Assembly (NCBI GenBank): GCA_028870995.1
Contig: JAGWOI010000011.1
Coordinates: 5,373 to 69,372, forward strand
Direction: 5' to 3'
Source: Candidatus Omnitrophota bacterium
GTDB taxonomy: Bacteria; Omnitrophota; Gorgyraeia; Zapsychrales; Fredricksoniimonadaceae
DNA: 64,000 bases
Numbering within the stretch: the stretch's first letter is position 1; each line of letters starts with the position of its first letter. The notes beneath the pieces were generated by a model. It worked only from the letters and a program-made list of their open reading frames with translations. It was not told where the DNA came from and did not search any database. Below are positions 7,921 to 16,254 of the stretch, piece by piece. The translations under genes and the position numbers were made by a program.

Positions 7921-10641
7921 TTATTTAGCGTTGGTATCGAACAGGTCCAATGCTTTGGAAATATAATCCTGGCGGGCTTCCGACGGGTTTTGCGGTAGGA
8001 CCGCCGTGGTCGGAGTATTGGCGGACAATGATTTCTGGCGGGCCTTGTCCAAGTATTCTTCGGTATGTTTATAGCCGGGAAGAATATCATCCACATCTTT
8101 GAATCGATTGGCCGCCTGGGCATAGTCACCGGACCGGTATAAACTCAGCGCTTGTTCATAAAGGGACTCAACGCCTTGCTGCAATTGCTTGTGCAAAGAC
8201 TCACGCCGGAGCTCTACAGAAGCAACTGCCGCCGGCTTGGGCAATGGTGCCGGCTGGATCTTAGCTACGGGTTTGGCGGCAACCGGTGGTTCGGCGACGG
8301 CTTTGACAACAGGCTTGGCGACAGGCTTGGCAACAGGTTTGGCGACCGGCTTGGCCGCAGGTTTGACAATAACAGGGGCAAGGTGAAACGATTCGGTCGA
8401 TTTAGGAGGAGCAGGCAGATTTTTAATCTTACGGAAACGGTACATCTCCTCCTGTTCATGCAGCTTCTTTTGACGCTCGATGCGCTTTCTTTCTTGGCGT
8501 TCGCGTTCAAACTCCTGGGCCTTGAGCATCTCTTCCTTGCGCCATTGCTTTAAACGATTGTCTTCAAAAATCTTTTTCTGATGTTCCAGCTCTTCAGTCA
8601 ATTTCTTTTGCCGCTCGTGCTCGCGTTCCTGGATAAGGGCCAATTTGCGCTGGGCGTTGATTTGGTCTCTCAAAAAGGCCGTACGCTCCATGGCCTGGGC
8701 CTCCTGGGCCCTTAAAAGCTGCTGCGTAATGGCCCGGTCCACCTTTTTGAGCCAGATCTCCCCCCGCCGGTCATGCTGGCTGGCCAACTCGCCGAAAAGA
8801 AGCCTGGCCTGGGAATATTGGCGGCGGCTGTAACAGACCACCCCCTCGTTGAATAAGCTATTCTGTTCCTGAAGGATCTCACGCTGCTTATAAATATCCG
8901 CCTGGCGGGAAGGCTGAATCGAGGCCATCAGTTGTTTTTCCTTGACCGCGTCGGCATCCACGGGCGCCTGCTCTATTTTCAGCTGCTGCCTGGCCAGGGA
9001 ATCGCGGCGCTGCATGGTTTCCCGGTACAATTGCTGGGCCCGCTCTATTTTTCCCTGCTGCATGGCGATCTGCGCCTTAAGCTGTGTCAAGGCATCGACG
9101 GTGCCCTGCAATTCGGCAAATTTCTTTTTCATGCCTTCATAATCCTGCTGGCGGGAAAGGCGGATGATATCGTCATTGATGGCCGAAGCCTTTTGCGTAA
9201 GTTCTTTTAATGAAGCCTGCTGCTCATCTTGTATGCGGCGCTCTTTTTCCTGCTCCTGCTGTTGGTGCTGCAGCTGGGCGGCGACTTCCTCATATTGCAT
9301 TTGCCTTAGACGCAGAGCATCCTGGCGCTGGTGTTCATTGATCGCCTCCTGGCTCTCTTTTTTCAAGGCTTCATCAATGGCCCACAGCTTCCGGCGGGTC
9401 TCTTTGTAATCAGGCCAAAGATGATCCACCTGTAAGAATTTAGCCTTGGCATTGGCATAATCGCGGGCGCTTAAATAATCCAGCCCCTGCCTGTACATGG
9501 CCTCCACCTCGGACTTAAGCTCCTGCTGATACCGGCGCTGCTTGTTGACTTTTAGATTATTCAGGATCTGGTCCACCTGCGCCATTTTGGCCTTGGTCTG
9601 GATGGTTGATTGATCGTCGGCTATATCGGCAATCTGATGATAAAGTTCTGATGACTGCTTGGCCAGATCATCGATCTGCTGGGCCTGTTTCTGTTTATCC
9701 GCAAGGGAATTTACCGTTTTTACGGCTGCCGGCGGAGCTGGCGGTACTGTGGGTTCCGGCTTTACTTCCGACCTGGCAGGGACCGGTGCCGGTGCCGCCT
9801 GCCTGGCTATTAGAGCATCAATTTTTTTCAAATATCCTTCGGTGCTCTTAAAATCAGGAAATATCTTTTCCACGGATTCAAATTGGGTTTTAGACTCCTG
9901 CCACTGATGGGCGCGATAGGACTCCAGGGCCGTGCGGTAGATCTTCAATGCCTGGTCTTCCTTTTCTTTCAATTCCAAGGCCCGCCGGTGCTCCTCGGCC
10001 GCCCGCTGTTGGTCGACCTTCCATTGCCCAATACGCTTGATGTATCTTCTTGTCCCCTTAAAATCCGGATAAACCTCTTCCAACTCATTAAATTTCTGCA
10101 GGGCCTCATCCATATTCTTCTTACCATACAAATCAAGGGCCTGCCTGTATAAGGACTGGGCTTTTTGATCAAGAGCTTCCACTTGAAGTCGCCGTTGGGC
10201 CTCTAAAGCCTCTTCACGCCGCATCCGGTCCTGCCGCTGCTGTAATTCGGTTTGTTCCTGTTTGAGGGCCTGCTGACGGCGTTGAATGTCCTGCTGTTGC
10301 AGGTGCTGCCGCTCCTGTTGCTGCTGTAAGGCCTTCTGTTGAGTCTGAAGATCCAGCTGCTGTTTGTTCGATTGATTTTGAGGCAAAGCAGCTTTAGGCA
10401 CACTGGGAGGACGGGCTTGGGCCAATTGGGTGGCTTTTTCAAAATAGCTGCTGGCCTCGTCGAGCTTGCCCTCGTTGATCAGCTCCATGCCCTTTTGGTA
10501 ATATTCATGGGCCTTTTCCTGGTTTGCATCGGTCAGGGATGAACCATTGGCTTCAGAAGGGGCGGAGTCGGCAAAAACCGACAGGCTGTTTAGGCAGAAA
10601 AAGAGAGATAATATAGATAAAAAAAACAATACCCTCTTCAT
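7921..10641 (-). CDS. secreted coiled-coil protein with six dispersed TPR-like modules and an AKPV tandem repeat
   Basis: The six-frame ORF extends to 10683, but the signal peptide starts at the internal Met (MKRVLFFLSILSLFFCLNSLSVFA), so I place the start at 10641. The protein has long Q/E/R coiled-coil stretches and six copies of a roughly 40-aa module (e.g. LYRQALDLYGKKNMDEALQKFNELEEVYPDFKGTRRYIKRI). Confidence 0.6.
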   Translation of the reverse strand: MKRVLFFLSILSLFFCLNSLSVFADSAPSEANGSSLTDANQEKAHEYYQKGMELINEGKLDEASSYFEKATQLAQARPPSVPKAALPQNQSNKQQLDLQTQQKALQQQQERQHLQQQDIQRRQQALKQEQTELQQRQDRMRREEALEAQRRLQVEALDQKAQSLYRQALDLYGKKNMDEALQKFNELEEVYPDFKGTRRYIKRIGQWKVDQQRAAEEHRRALELKEKEDQALKIYRTALESYRAHQWQESKTQFESVEKIFPDFKSTEGYLKKIDALIARQAAPAPVPARSEVKPEPTVPPAPPAAVKTVNSLADKQKQAQQIDDLAKQSSELYHQIADIADDQSTIQTKAKMAQVDQILNNLKVNKQRRYQQELKSEVEAMYRQGLDYLSARDYANAKAKFLQVDHLWPDYKETRRKLWAIDEALKKESQEAINEHQRQDALRLRQMQYEEVAAQLQHQQQEQEKERRIQDEQQASLKELTQKASAINDDIIRLSRQQDYEGMKKKFAELQGTVDALTQLKAQIAMQQGKIERAQQLYRETMQRRDSLARQQLKIEQAPVDADAVKEKQLMASIQPSRQADIYKQREILQEQNSLFNEGVVCYSRRQYSQARLLFGELASQHDRRGEIWLKKVDRAITQQLLRAQEAQAMERTAFLRDQINAQRKLALIQEREHERQKKLTEELEHQKKIFEDNRLKQWRKEEMLKAQEFERERQERKRIERQKKLHEQEEMYRFRKIKNLPAPPKSTESFHLAPVIVKPAAKPVAKPVAKPVAKPVVKAVAEPPVAAKPVAKIQPAPLPKPAAVASVELRRESLHKQLQQGVESLYEQALSLYRSGDYAQAANRFKDVDDILPGYKHTEEYLDKARQKSLSANTPTTAVLPQNPSEARQDYISKALDLFDTNAK
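8296..8367. repeat. six tandem copies of a 12-nt unit (GGCTTGGCRACA family) inside the coiled-coil gene, encoding (AKPV)n
   Basis: Direct reading shows gacggctttgac / aacaggcttggc / gacaggcttggc / aacaggtttggc / gaccggcttggc / cgcaggtttgac. Confidence 0.8.
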
Positions 10642-10720
10642 ATTAGAAAATATTCTATCATACCTATAAGCCCCATCCAGCACTTTCTCCTCTATTTTGC
10701 TGCTTATATCGAACTGATAC

Positions 10721-12433
10721 TTAGATGATCTGGAGCGACTGGAGTTTCAACAGCAGATCCTTGGCGATTTTTACTGAATTTTCCGAGGTGGCGCCGTACT
10801 CCAAAAAAACACAAAAGGCGATGGCGGCCTTAGGCGATCGTGTATACCCCACAAACCAGGCATGATTGGGTTTGCCGGGAGCGCTTTGGGCGGTCCCTGT
10901 TTTTCCATAAATGGTCAAGCCCGGCACCTGTTTCAAATCATGCCCTGTGCCCCCAGGGTCATCCACGCAAGACCTCAAGCCTTTCTGCACATCAGCCCAG
11001 GTATCCTGACGCAGCTTGATCAGCGGCCGCTTGGCAAGATCATCGGGCGGAATCACGCCGCCGCCCACCTCATGCACGATATGCGGCCGCAAAATAATAC
11101 CGTCATCGGCCACCGCAGCCATCATTACGGTCAATGCCAGCGGGGTCACAAGCGTATAGCCCTGACCGATGGATAAATTCAAAATATCACCGGTGTACCA
11201 TGCCCGGTCTTCGGAGCCTTTGGTCACAAGCTTGCCCCTGGCTTCAAAGGGCAGATCGATCCCCGTCAGCCGATTAAGGCCGAAAGCCCTGGCAAAAGCA
11301 CCGATGATCCGCGGCCTGACCAGCAGGCCGACATGAAAAAAGAAGACATTGCAGGAATGCGCCAGGGCCTCTTCAAGGTTCTGAATGCCGTGCACCTCGG
11401 CACAATGGAATTTTCGTTTCCCCACGAGCATATATCCGGGACAATTGAAGGTCGTCTCAGGGGTTATTTTATGAAGCTGGATCGCGGCCAGCGCCACGGG
11501 GATCTTGAATACCGACCCCGGCGGGTACACACCGTCGATAGCGCGATTGATCAAGGGCGTCAAAGGGTCAGTTAAATATGACCGCAGTTCATCATTCTTA
11601 CTTTTGTCTGAAAAGGCATTGGGATCAAAGGAAGGAGAACTGACCATGGACAAAAGGTTGCCGGTATGCAGGTCCATGACGATGATCGCCCCCCGCCACC
11701 CGCTTAATAATTGCTGGGCGGCAGCCTGCACACGTTCATCGATGGTCAACACCACATCCTGGCCGGGCAACGGATCCTTCAGACCCAGCAGGCGCACCTG
11801 CTGACCGCGGCTGTTGACCTCGATCTGACGTCCCCCGGGCTGCCCTTTAAGGAAAGGCTCATATTTTTCTTCGACGCCGGTTTTTCCAACCATGCTTAAA
11901 GGCGTGTACCCGTATTGCCGGCGCCCGGCCATCTCATTGTCATTGATTTTTCCGACATACCCCAGCACGTGCGCGCCGGTCTCATTGAAGGGATAGTAAC
12001 GCTTAAACCCCTGACGGACGATCAGTCCCGGGTAAATAAATTTCTCTTCCTCGATCCTGATGGCCAGCTGCCGGGGCACGTCCTCAGCCAGAATGACCGG
12101 GACGAAAGGCGCCTGCCTATGGTGCTCGAAGACCCTCTGAAGGGATTGCGGATCCCTATTAAACACACTTGCCAAATAACCGAACAAGGCCTTCTTATCT
12201 TCCACATCTTGAGGGACGACGCCCACCTCATAAGCGATTTGGTTGTCCGCCAGGACCGTGCCGTTGCGGTCCAGGATCCTGCCCCGCGGTCCGTCGATGG
12301 GAACAATGCGGATACGGTTATTCATGCTCTGCAGGTGATAATAGCCGCCACGGATGACCTGCATGTAAAACAAGCCGCCGGCGATCAGACCCAGCAGCAA
12401 AAAAACAAAAAATTGGATGATATTAAGACGCAT
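10721..12433 (-). CDS. mrdA: penicillin-binding protein 2 (elongasome transpeptidase)
   Basis: 570 aa with N-terminal TM, PBP dimerisation domain and transpeptidase motifs. Directly downstream of mreD. Confidence 0.85.
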   Translation of the reverse strand: MRLNIIQFFVFLLLGLIAGGLFYMQVIRGGYYHLQSMNNRIRIVPIDGPRGRILDRNGTVLADNQIAYEVGVVPQDVEDKKALFGYLASVFNRDPQSLQRVFEHHRQAPFVPVILAEDVPRQLAIRIEEEKFIYPGLIVRQGFKRYYPFNETGAHVLGYVGKINDNEMAGRRQYGYTPLSMVGKTGVEEKYEPFLKGQPGGRQIEVNSRGQQVRLLGLKDPLPGQDVVLTIDERVQAAAQQLLSGWRGAIIVMDLHTGNLLSMVSSPSFDPNAFSDKSKNDELRSYLTDPLTPLINRAIDGVYPPGSVFKIPVALAAIQLHKITPETTFNCPGYMLVGKRKFHCAEVHGIQNLEEALAHSCNVFFFHVGLLVRPRIIGAFARAFGLNRLTGIDLPFEARGKLVTKGSEDRAWYTGDILNLSIGQGYTLVTPLALTVMMAAVADDGIILRPHIVHEVGGGVIPPDDLAKRPLIKLRQDTWADVQKGLRSCVDDPGGTGHDLKQVPGLTIYGKTGTAQSAPGKPNHAWFVGYTRSPKAAIAFCVFLEYGATSENSVKIAKDLLLKLQSLQII

Positions 12434-12935
12434 GCTTAGCCTTGAGGTCGAAAAATATGCTGATATCCTTTAACCGCGCGAAGACATAGGTGGCGGCCAG
12501 GATGGTGGTCACCAATTGGGGAAGAAGGATGAAGGACAGCATTCCGCCCAAACGCAGCTCATGGTTCATGTTGGACAAAATAATCTGAACGATGAAACAA
12601 CCCAGCACCACAAAAAAAACCACCACGATCCTGGAAAACCTGGAACCGGGTTGATAAATATACCGGCGCACGAAGGTGGTCAAATAACTGGCGGCAAGGT
12701 AGACGACGATGTGGGTTCCGAAAGGCGCTATCCCTAAGGTGTCTTTGAATAACCCGCAAAAGAACGCGGCGATGATGCTAAAGCGTATGCCCAAATACAG
12801 ATTAAAAAAAATGACCACCAAAATCAGCAGTTCAGGTTTAAGCCAGCGGCCCCATGGATCCCAGAAATTATACAGTAAAAATTCCAGGGCAAAGGCCATG
12901 TAAGAAACCAATGCTATGACCAGGATGCGTTTCAT
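12423..12935 (-). CDS. mreD: rod shape-determining protein MreD
   Basis: 170-aa polytopic membrane protein with an MreD-like central motif (GLFKDTLGIAPFGTHIVVYLAASYL), located immediately 5' of mrdA. Confidence 0.6.
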   Translation of the reverse strand: MKRILVIALVSYMAFALEFLLYNFWDPWGRWLKPELLILVVIFFNLYLGIRFSIIAAFFCGLFKDTLGIAPFGTHIVVYLAASYLTTFVRRYIYQPGSRFSRIVVVFFVVLGCFIVQIILSNMNHELRLGGMLSFILLPQLVTTILAATYVFARLKDISIFFDLKAKHAS

Positions 12936-13327
12936 GCCGTTAATTTAGCTTCCATGCGCCGCATCTTAAAAGCATCTGAAGGGCTGTGATCGTTGTAGCC
13001 GGCCAAATGCAAAAGGCCATGGATGACGTATAAAATTATTTCTTCACGGGTCGAATTTTTATAGGCCCTGGCATTGGCTTGGGCCGCTTGGGGGCAGACG
13101 ATGATCTCCGCCACCCCGCCGCCTAAATCGAAGGTCAATACATCCGTCACGAAGTCGTGGTTCAAATATTTCTTATTGATGGCCCGCATCCGCTGAGGAC
13201 CGACAAAAACAATCGAAAGGCCCTGTAACTTTAGCCTGAGTTTACGCAAGGCCGCCGGCGCCCTTTTGAGGATCCGGCTTTTGGGAATAGAGACCTTCTT
13301 TTGAAGATTTTTTAGGGTTATTTCCAT
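12932..13327 (-). CDS. ybeY: rRNA maturation endoribonuclease YbeY
   Basis: 131 aa with the conserved H-x-x-x-H-x...H zinc motif (ILYVIHGLLHLAGYNDH). Sits at the canonical position after phoH and the HD-7TM gene. Confidence 0.88.
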   Translation of the reverse strand: MEITLKNLQKKVSIPKSRILKRAPAALRKLRLKLQGLSIVFVGPQRMRAINKKYLNHDFVTDVLTFDLGGGVAEIIVCPQAAQANARAYKNSTREEIILYVIHGLLHLAGYNDHSPSDAFKMRRMEAKLTA

Positions 13328-14651
13328 GGATGGTTTCAGGATATTTCACGCGGCTATGGTACATGGCGCTCAGCACACGGACAAAGGTCGAGGCGATGAT
13401 ATCGATTTCCCTCAAGGTCAAATGACATTCATCCAGCTGCCCGTCGATAAATTTATTATTAATGATCTTGCGCACGGTGTCTTCGATACGCTTAAGGGTA
13501 TGCTCGTCCAGGGCCCGGGTGGCACCTTCCACCGAATCCGCCAAGAGCACGATGGCCGTCTCCTTGCTTTGAGGCTTGGGGCCGGGATAGCGGTAATCCC
13601 GTTCATCCAGGCCGTCCTGCGATCCCTCCGCCAGCGCTTTCTGATAAAAATAATGCATGATGCTGGTACCGTGATGTTCCGGGATAAAATCGATGATGCG
13701 GGGGTTCAAGCGGTATTTGCGGGCCAATTCTATACCCTCCTTCACATGATTGGAAATCACCAGGCGGCTCATGGAAGGTTCCAGGTCATCATGCTTATTG
13801 CCGACAACCATCTGATTCTCGGTAAAATACTCGGGATTGACCAGCTTGCCGATATCATGATAGTAAGCCCCCACCCGGACCAAAAGAGAATTGGCGCCGA
13901 TGGCATCGGCAGCAGCCTCCGCCAGATTGCTCACGATGAGGCTGTGATGGTAGGAACCCGGAGCTTCCACCACCATGCGTTTGAGCAAGGGATGGGAAGA
14001 GTCCGTGAGTTCCATCAGGGTGAAATTGGTGATCTCCCCGAAAATGGTCTCGAAGACCTTAAGCGTGGCGATCACCACAAAAGCACAAATGAGGCCGTTA
14101 AGGGCCAGGGGTTTAAAAACATAGATGAGGACATCTTTATTCATGACAGGGTTGATCAAAAAGGCGCAGATGATCTGAATGACCGCAACCAGGATCCCGG
14201 CCTCGATCAGCAGCCCCCGGGTGCGCGCGTCCCTGACCCTGTAACATCCGGCCAGGCCGCCTAAAAAGAAAATCAACACCTCATTAAGGCTGAAACCCAG
14301 GATGATGCCTGCCAATACGGCCGACAACAACGCCATCATAAAACTGATCTGCACGTCATTAAACAGCAGCATGGTCAGCATGGCCACCGACGCCGCCGGC
14401 AGGTAGAAATGGGTCACATAAGGAAAAGTCTTAAGGGCATTGGCCGCAAAAATAAATAACGCCAACAGTAAGGACAGATGCAAAAAAATACGGGGATTTG
14501 CTTTTTTGAAAAAAAACAGGTGAAGCCCGCAAAAAAATACCAGCAAGGGGAGAATGAGCGGGAAGCCCGCAAAATAGCAAAAAATAAGCAGGGCCAGGAA
14601 AGACATGGCCACCATGATGCTTTGATCAATGGAAATGTGCTTAGTGGACAT
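13242..14651 (-). CDS. pgpH: 7TM-receptor-with-HD-hydrolase protein (PgpH/YqfF family)
   Basis: Multi-TM N-terminus followed by an HD domain (HHSLIVSNLAEAAADAIG...YYHDIGK). The 3' end overlaps ybeY by 86 nt in another frame. Confidence 0.8.
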   Translation of the reverse strand: MSTKHISIDQSIMVAMSFLALLIFCYFAGFPLILPLLVFFCGLHLFFFKKANPRIFLHLSLLLALFIFAANALKTFPYVTHFYLPAASVAMLTMLLFNDVQISFMMALLSAVLAGIILGFSLNEVLIFFLGGLAGCYRVRDARTRGLLIEAGILVAVIQIICAFLINPVMNKDVLIYVFKPLALNGLICAFVVIATLKVFETIFGEITNFTLMELTDSSHPLLKRMVVEAPGSYHHSLIVSNLAEAAADAIGANSLLVRVGAYYHDIGKLVNPEYFTENQMVVGNKHDDLEPSMSRLVISNHVKEGIELARKYRLNPRIIDFIPEHHGTSIMHYFYQKALAEGSQDGLDERDYRYPGPKPQSKETAIVLLADSVEGATRALDEHTLKRIEDTVRKIINNKFIDGQLDECHLTLREIDIIASTFVRVLSAMYHSRVKYPETIHGNNPKKSSKEGLYSQKPDPQKGAGGLA

Positions 14652-14656
14652 CAGGT

Positions 14657-15607
14657 TTAATGTTTACCGTTGGTTTGGGCATAGGCCTCGATGATCTTCT
14701 GCACCAATTCATGGCGGACCGTATCATCGCTGGTCAAATGAATGAATTTGATCTCAGGCACCTTGTCCAGCACACGGTTGGCCTCGGCCAGGCCGTTGTT
14801 CTCCGGAGAAGGAAGGTCGCTTTGGGTCACGTCGCCCACCACCACGACCTTGGAGTCAAAGCCCATGCGGGTTAAAAACATCTTCATTTGGTCCGGCCTG
14901 GAATTCTGGGCCTCATCCAGGATGACAAAGGCCTCGTTGAGGGTACGGCCGCGCATGAAGGCCAGGGGGGCGACTTCGATAATCCCCTGCTCGCTGTAAT
15001 GCTCGACCTTCTCGGGCTCCATCATGTCATAGAGAGCGTCATACAAAGGCCGCAGGTACGGCAGCACCTTTTCCACCATGTCGCCCGGCAAAAACCCTAA
15101 GTTCTCCCCTGCCTCGACGGCAGGCCGGGTCAGGACGATACGGCGCACCAATCCCTTTTTAAGGGCATTGACGGCCATGGCAATGGCCAGGTAGGTCTTA
15201 CCCGTGCCGGCGGGACCGATGCAGAAAACCAGGTCATGGTTCTTGATGGCTTCGATATATTCGATCTGCCCCTTGGTCTTGGGCGTGATCAAACCCTGGA
15301 CCGAGACTTCAATCTTTTCCTTGGCCAGGCGCTTGAAATCGATGGCCTTGTCCTTGTCGACCAGGCGCAGGGCGTAAACGATGTCGGACTTCTTGACGTC
15401 CTTGCCTTTTTCGATCAGGCTCAACAGATAATGGAACAATTCGCGGGCCACCGACAATTGGGGGTCACTGCCGATGATCTTGATGCCGTCCTCGGCGCGG
15501 ACAATGCGCACCCCCAATTCCTTCTCGATGATTTTCAGATTTTGATCATGGCGCCCGAATAAAAGCTGTAAATCGCGGTTATTGTTCAGTTGTAAGTGAA
15601 AATCCAT
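14657..15607 (-). CDS. phoH: PhoH-like ATPase (YbeZ)
   Basis: Walker A (GPAGTGKTYLAIAMAV) and PhoH family conservation. First gene of the phoH-pgpH-ybeY block. Confidence 0.88.
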   Translation of the reverse strand: MDFHLQLNNNRDLQLLFGRHDQNLKIIEKELGVRIVRAEDGIKIIGSDPQLSVARELFHYLLSLIEKGKDVKKSDIVYALRLVDKDKAIDFKRLAKEKIEVSVQGLITPKTKGQIEYIEAIKNHDLVFCIGPAGTGKTYLAIAMAVNALKKGLVRRIVLTRPAVEAGENLGFLPGDMVEKVLPYLRPLYDALYDMMEPEKVEHYSEQGIIEVAPLAFMRGRTLNEAFVILDEAQNSRPDQMKMFLTRMGFDSKVVVVGDVTQSDLPSPENNGLAEANRVLDKVPEIKFIHLTSDDTVRHELVQKIIEAYAQTNGKH

Positions 15608-15637
15608 TCAGTCCTCTTTGGGGTCGAAGTTAAAATT

Positions 15638-16240
15638 TCATTTGACCGGCGGGATGGTCAATACCATGCCGGGCTTCAGGACATTCGGATTCTTGATCTT
15701 GTCCTTATTGGCTTTGTAGATCTGGTACCATTTGCTGTAGGTGCCGTAGACCTTTTTGGAGATCTTTTGCAGGGTATCGTCTTTTTGCACCGTATAGGCG
15801 GTGGGCTGCAGGCTGCCCGCGTTGGGCTTGGACTGCGCGGCGGATTTAGGCGCCGAAGGTGAAACGTCTTCGCCAGGCCTCTCACCGATCACCGGAACGG
15901 CGGGAGCGGCTGGCACTTGGACAGCCGGCGTGGGAGCCGGGGCCGCGGGAATCACCTCAGGCGAAGGTGCCGGGACGTCGGCGATCGCGTTGACCGCCTT
16001 CTCTTCTATTTTCCGCACTTCGGATTCAGGAACAGGCTTAGTGATTTCCAGCACATAGACTTTGCGGGTGGTCTCCTTGGGTGCCGGCTGCGGAGGGCAC
16101 TTACCAACAACACATCCGCCGTTACCGTTACCTTGATTCTGACCGACACGCGGTTTGGTCATGACATAGGTCCTGGCCTCCAGACCGCAACCTGCTGCAA
16201 AAACGACCAATATCACCAAAGCCAAATTTTTGTTCAACAT
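15638..16240 (-). CDS. LysM-domain lipoprotein with Pro/Ala-rich linker
   Basis: Lipobox signal peptide (LVILVVFAAGC), a PAPAP-rich middle region and a C-terminal LysM (YTVQKDDTLQKISKKVYGTYSKWYQIYKANKDKIKNPNVLKPGMVLTIP). Confidence 0.75.
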   Translation of the reverse strand: MLNKNLALVILVVFAAGCGLEARTYVMTKPRVGQNQGNGNGGCVVGKCPPQPAPKETTRKVYVLEITKPVPESEVRKIEEKAVNAIADVPAPSPEVIPAAPAPTPAVQVPAAPAVPVIGERPGEDVSPSAPKSAAQSKPNAGSLQPTAYTVQKDDTLQKISKKVYGTYSKWYQIYKANKDKIKNPNVLKPGMVLTIPPVK

Positions 16241-16254
16241 AATTTTTCTCCCTT

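Noticed and set aside
10642-10683. 14-codon N-terminal extension of the coiled-coil protein ORF
   Set aside because: The signal peptide begins at the internal Met (MKRVLFF...). The extension, MLDGAYRYDRIFSN, is not hydrophobic and has no RBS.
13326-14264. 312-aa plus-strand ORF inside pgpH
   Set aside because: It lies antisense to a well-supported HD-7TM gene. Long antisense ORFs are expected by chance at this GC, and the translation is low complexity with no recognisable domain.
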